The position numbers and the translations under genes are program-made. DNA of 64,000 nt from Spirochaetia bacterium (GTDB lineage Bacteria > Spirochaetota > Spirochaetia > SZUA-6 > Bin103): positions 864,001-928,000 of the forward strand of contig OZ241907.1 in NCBI GenBank assembly GCA_965203515.1, in the 5' to 3' direction. Shown one piece after another: positions 61,412 to 64,000 of this stretch (positions are counted from its first letter, which is position 1; every line of letters begins with the position of its first letter). The notes under the pieces were generated by a model that saw only the letters and a program-made list of their open reading frames with translations, searched no databases and was not told the DNA's origin.

Positions 61412-62503
61412 ATGCGCAGACCGCCAGCGCCCAAAGCCGGCGCCGCCTTTGCGACGGTCCTGGCGGGGTGCCGCTCCCTGTTCCCTCCCGCGCTGCTCGG
61501 CGCGGCCGGTTGGGAGCGCCTCATGGAGCGGGCGCGGCGGCTGCCCCGGTGCGTGGCCGACCTCCACTTCGGCTTCGAGTTCCGCCTCGGAGCGTCGAGC
61601 CCGGCCGCCGACCTGTTCGTAGTCGTGCTCCCGGATTCGGAGCTGGCGCGTCACTACGTCCGCGAAGGCGCTTGCGCCGAACCGGGGTCGCCGGCCGCCG
61701 CTCTCGCGGCCGGATTGCGGGAACAGACCGAGAATCCGGATTCCTACCTCGCCCGCGGCGTGGCCGGGATGGTGTTGGAGTACGATCTGGCCGAGGTCGA
61801 GCCGGGCCGCCCGCCGCCGGCACCCGGCATATTCCTCACGCCGCGGCGCTCGGCCCCGGGGGCGCGGGCCGGGTTTCATGAACACGGCGATCCCGCCGGC
61901 CTGCTTGCGGCGCTTGCCGTGACCGCCGGCTGGAGCGGTTGCGAAGATGAGATCCCGAAAGTCGAGCGCATCCTGGCGTCGCTGCCGGACACCGGCTACC
62001 TGCTGCAGGGGGGAGCGCTCCCGGGGCGCTCCCCGAAGGCGTTTCGGCTCGTCATCAAGGGCGTCGCGAAGGGGACGGTTCCCGCCCTGCTGGAGCGGCT
62101 CGAGTGGCCCGGCCCGGCGGCCGAGGCGGCCGGCGTGCTCGCCGCGCTGGACGACCTGATCGCCTACGTCGCGGTCAGCATCGACGTGACCACGCACGGC
62201 CTGGGCCCGCGGCTCGGTCTGGAGTTGTACCGCCCGCTGAAGTGGTTCGCGGCCGATCGCACCGGATGGCTCCCCTTCATCGCCCGGATCGAGGAGCGCG
62301 GCTGGTGCCTGCCGGCCAAGGCTGACGGACTGCGGAGCTGGCCCGGCACCGAAGGGCTGCTCGACGACGGCGGGATGCGCGTCGTTCGCCAGGGGATCAA
62401 CCACGTGAAGGTCGTCATCGGCCCGGATGCCCCGACGTCGGCCAAGGCCTACGCCGGCATGGGCGTCTATCCCTACCGGAGCGCCGCCGACCGGTCATCC
62501 TGA
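61412..62503 (+). CDS. Hypothetical RiPP tailoring enzyme, possibly ABBA-type prenyltransferase-like
   Basis: FGFEFRLG, LEYD, GPRLGLE, C.PAK..GL.SWPG, GINHVKV, KAY motif series; directly downstream of precursor B. Confidence 0.55.
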   Translation: MRRPPAPKAGAAFATVLAGCRSLFPPALLGAAGWERLMERARRLPRCVADLHFGFEFRLGASSPAADLFVVVLPDSELARHYVREGACAEPGSPAAALAAGLREQTENPDSYLARGVAGMVLEYDLAEVEPGRPPPAPGIFLTPRRSAPGARAGFHEHGDPAGLLAALAVTAGWSGCEDEIPKVERILASLPDTGYLLQGGALPGRSPKAFRLVIKGVAKGTVPALLERLEWPGPAAEAAGVLAALDDLIAYVAVSIDVTTHGLGPRLGLELYRPLKWFAADRTGWLPFIARIEERGWCLPAKADGLRSWPGTEGLLDDGGMRVVRQGINHVKVVIGPDAPTSAKAYAGMGVYPYRSAADRSS

Positions 62504-62516
62504 GGCAGGCCGCGCC

Positions 62517-62620
62517 GGCCCGATCGGGGACCGGCCCGATCAGGCGGCCGTTGGCCCGATCAGGGGGACCGGCCCGATCAGGTGGCCGTTGGCCCGATCA
62601 GGGGGACCGGCCCGATCAGG
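62517..62620. repeat. Six copies of ggcccgatc(agg) with a ~38-bp higher-order period
   Basis: Starts at 62517, 62533, 62553, 62571, 62591, 62609. Confidence 0.85.
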
Positions 62621-63390
62621 CGGACGTGCGGGGCGCCGGTGCCGGGATCGCGATCGACCACCGCCTCCACGCCGAACACGTCGCGGAACCGCTGCGGGGT
62701 GAGCACCGTTGCGGGCGCGCCTTCGGCCACCAGCTCGCCTCCCGCCAGCAGCCCCAGTCGGTCGCAGTAGCGGCCCGCCAGCGACACGTCGTGCAGCGCC
62801 ACCAGCACCGCCGCGCCGGCGGCCGCTTCCGACCGCAGCGTCTCCATGGCCGCCAGCCGGTGGCGGAGGTCGAGGCCGGCGACCGGTTCGTCGAGGAGCA
62901 GGACGCGCGCCCGTTGCGCCAGCGAGCGCGCGACCAGCACCCGCTGCCGCTCGCCGCCGGACATGCGCTCGAGCTGTCGGCGCTCGAACCGTTCGGTCTC
63001 GGTCCGCGCCATCGCCGCGCGCGCGATCAGCCGGTCGTCGGCGCCCTCGAGCGCGAAGCGGCTCAGGTGCGGATATCGGCCCATCAGCACCGTCTCCAGC
63101 GCCGTGAACGGGTGCGCGGCTTCGTGCTGTGGCAAATACGCGATCCGCCGCGCCCGCTCCCGCGCCGGCAACGCCGTCAGGTCCGCCGGTCCCAGCCATA
63201 CCGAACCGGCGTCGGGGCGCGCCACGCCGGCCATCACCCGCAACAGCGTGCTCTTGCCGGCGCCGTTGGGGCCCACCAGACCGGTCACCCGGCCGGCGCG
63301 CGCGGCCAACGACACCGAGCGGAGCACCGGTCTCCCGGCCAGGCGCAGGGAGACCGCGCGCGCCGCCAGCGCGCCGTCGACCGGGGTCAC
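62578..63390 (-). CDS. Iron-siderophore/cobalamin ABC ATP-binding protein
   Basis: GPNGAGKS, MSGGERQR, LDEP, LHD. Confidence 0.9.
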   Translation of the reverse strand: MTPVDGALAARAVSLRLAGRPVLRSVSLAARAGRVTGLVGPNGAGKSTLLRVMAGVARPDAGSVWLGPADLTALPARERARRIAYLPQHEAAHPFTALETVLMGRYPHLSRFALEGADDRLIARAAMARTETERFERRQLERMSGGERQRVLVARSLAQRARVLLLDEPVAGLDLRHRLAAMETLRSEAAAGAAVLVALHDVSLAGRYCDRLGLLAGGELVAEGAPATVLTPQRFRDVFGVEAVVDRDPGTGAPHVRLIGPVPLIGPTAT

Positions 63391-64000
63391 GGCGCTCCGT
63401 ACGGCTCGAAGTCGCTGAACGTCACGTCCCGGAACCGATCCGGGTACAGCAGCCGCGCGGCCTCCTCGATGCCGCGCACGTTCCAGTGGGAGAGCGTCGT
63501 GTAGTAGCGCGGGTCGGCGACGATCACGCGGTCGTCGGCGATCGCCGGCACCGCGGCGAGCGCCCGATCTCCGGTCAGGTCGTCCCGAAGCCGCGCGCCC
63601 GAGTCGGCCGGCTGCGTGATCAGGATCACGTCCGGGTCCATGGCGGCGATCGATTCCACGCTCACCGCCTGATGGCCGGAGATACCGTCGCGGGCCGCGG
63701 CGTTGACGCCCCCGGCGGCTTCGATGATGCCGCCTTCGGTCGAGCCGCCGCCGGCCGCGCTGATCGTCTCCGCGAAGCGGGCGATCGACAGGACCGCCGG
63801 CCGCGACCGGTCGCCGGGCAGCGGCACCCGGTCGGCGACCAGCGCCAGCCGCCGCTCGATCTCGGCGACCAGCGCCAGGGCGCGTTCCTCGACGCCGAGC
63901 AGGTAGCCGAGCAGCAGGATGTTGGGGATGTTGCCGGCCGCCGAGCTCTGCAGCTCCGCGCGCACGACCGGAACGCCGGCCTCCTCGATCAGGGCGACCA
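63387..64000 (-). CDS. Iron/cobalamin ABC substrate-binding protein (5' end beyond window)
   Basis: AGGVNAA, SVESIAAMDPDVIL, AVPAIADDRV. Confidence 0.75.
   Translation of the reverse strand, partial: VALIEEAGVPVVRAELQSSAAGNIPNILLLGYLLGVEERALALVAEIERRLALVADRVPLPGDRSRPAVLSIARFAETISAAGGGSTEGGIIEAAGGVNAAARDGISGHQAVSVESIAAMDPDVILITQPADSGARLRDDLTGDRALAAVPAIADDRVIVADPRYYTTLSHWNVRGIEEAARLLYPDRFRDVTFSDFEPYGAP

Noticed and set aside
62517..62620. Possible CRISPR array
   Set aside because: Units are too short, spacers repeat, and no cas genes are present

Overview
High-GC bacterial chromosomal window. The expanded Uma2, Rpn/YhgA and PhyH families resemble those of sponge-symbiont metagenome genomes; this is inference only. 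Housekeeping and catabolic genes include glpK, recQ, an iolD-linked cyclitol/sugar ABC locus, a troABCD-type Mn/Zn ABC locus with a DtxR-fused permease, a Liv-type ABC locus and an iron/B12 ABC at the right edge. Four accessory patches sit among them. (1) 0.1-3.3 kb: Uma2 nucleases and gene remnants. (2) 7.3-13.9 kb: a less GC-rich island with a TerB + three dynamin-like GTPase operon (Eleos/Leo-like) and an Rpn gene, preceded by a collapsed glpK copy. (3) 19.4-24.9 kb: a decayed ABC-export cassette invaded by an HNH gene. (4) 51.9-62.5 kb: a defence graveyard (AAA and DUF1156 fragments, two Rpn genes plus two stand-alone Rpn C-termini, tandem Uma2), followed by the best candidate for a new system. 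That candidate is a compact, Cys-free NHLP-leader RiPP locus: two divergent precursors around an ISL3 remnant, with a JmjC/cupin oxygenase on one arm and a putative ABBA-type prenyltransferase-like protein on the other. Other oddities are a circularly permuted double sugar-binding protein and several short collinear 'skip copies' of nearby genes. No rRNA, tRNA or CRISPR array was seen. All family calls come from motif recognition, not database searches.
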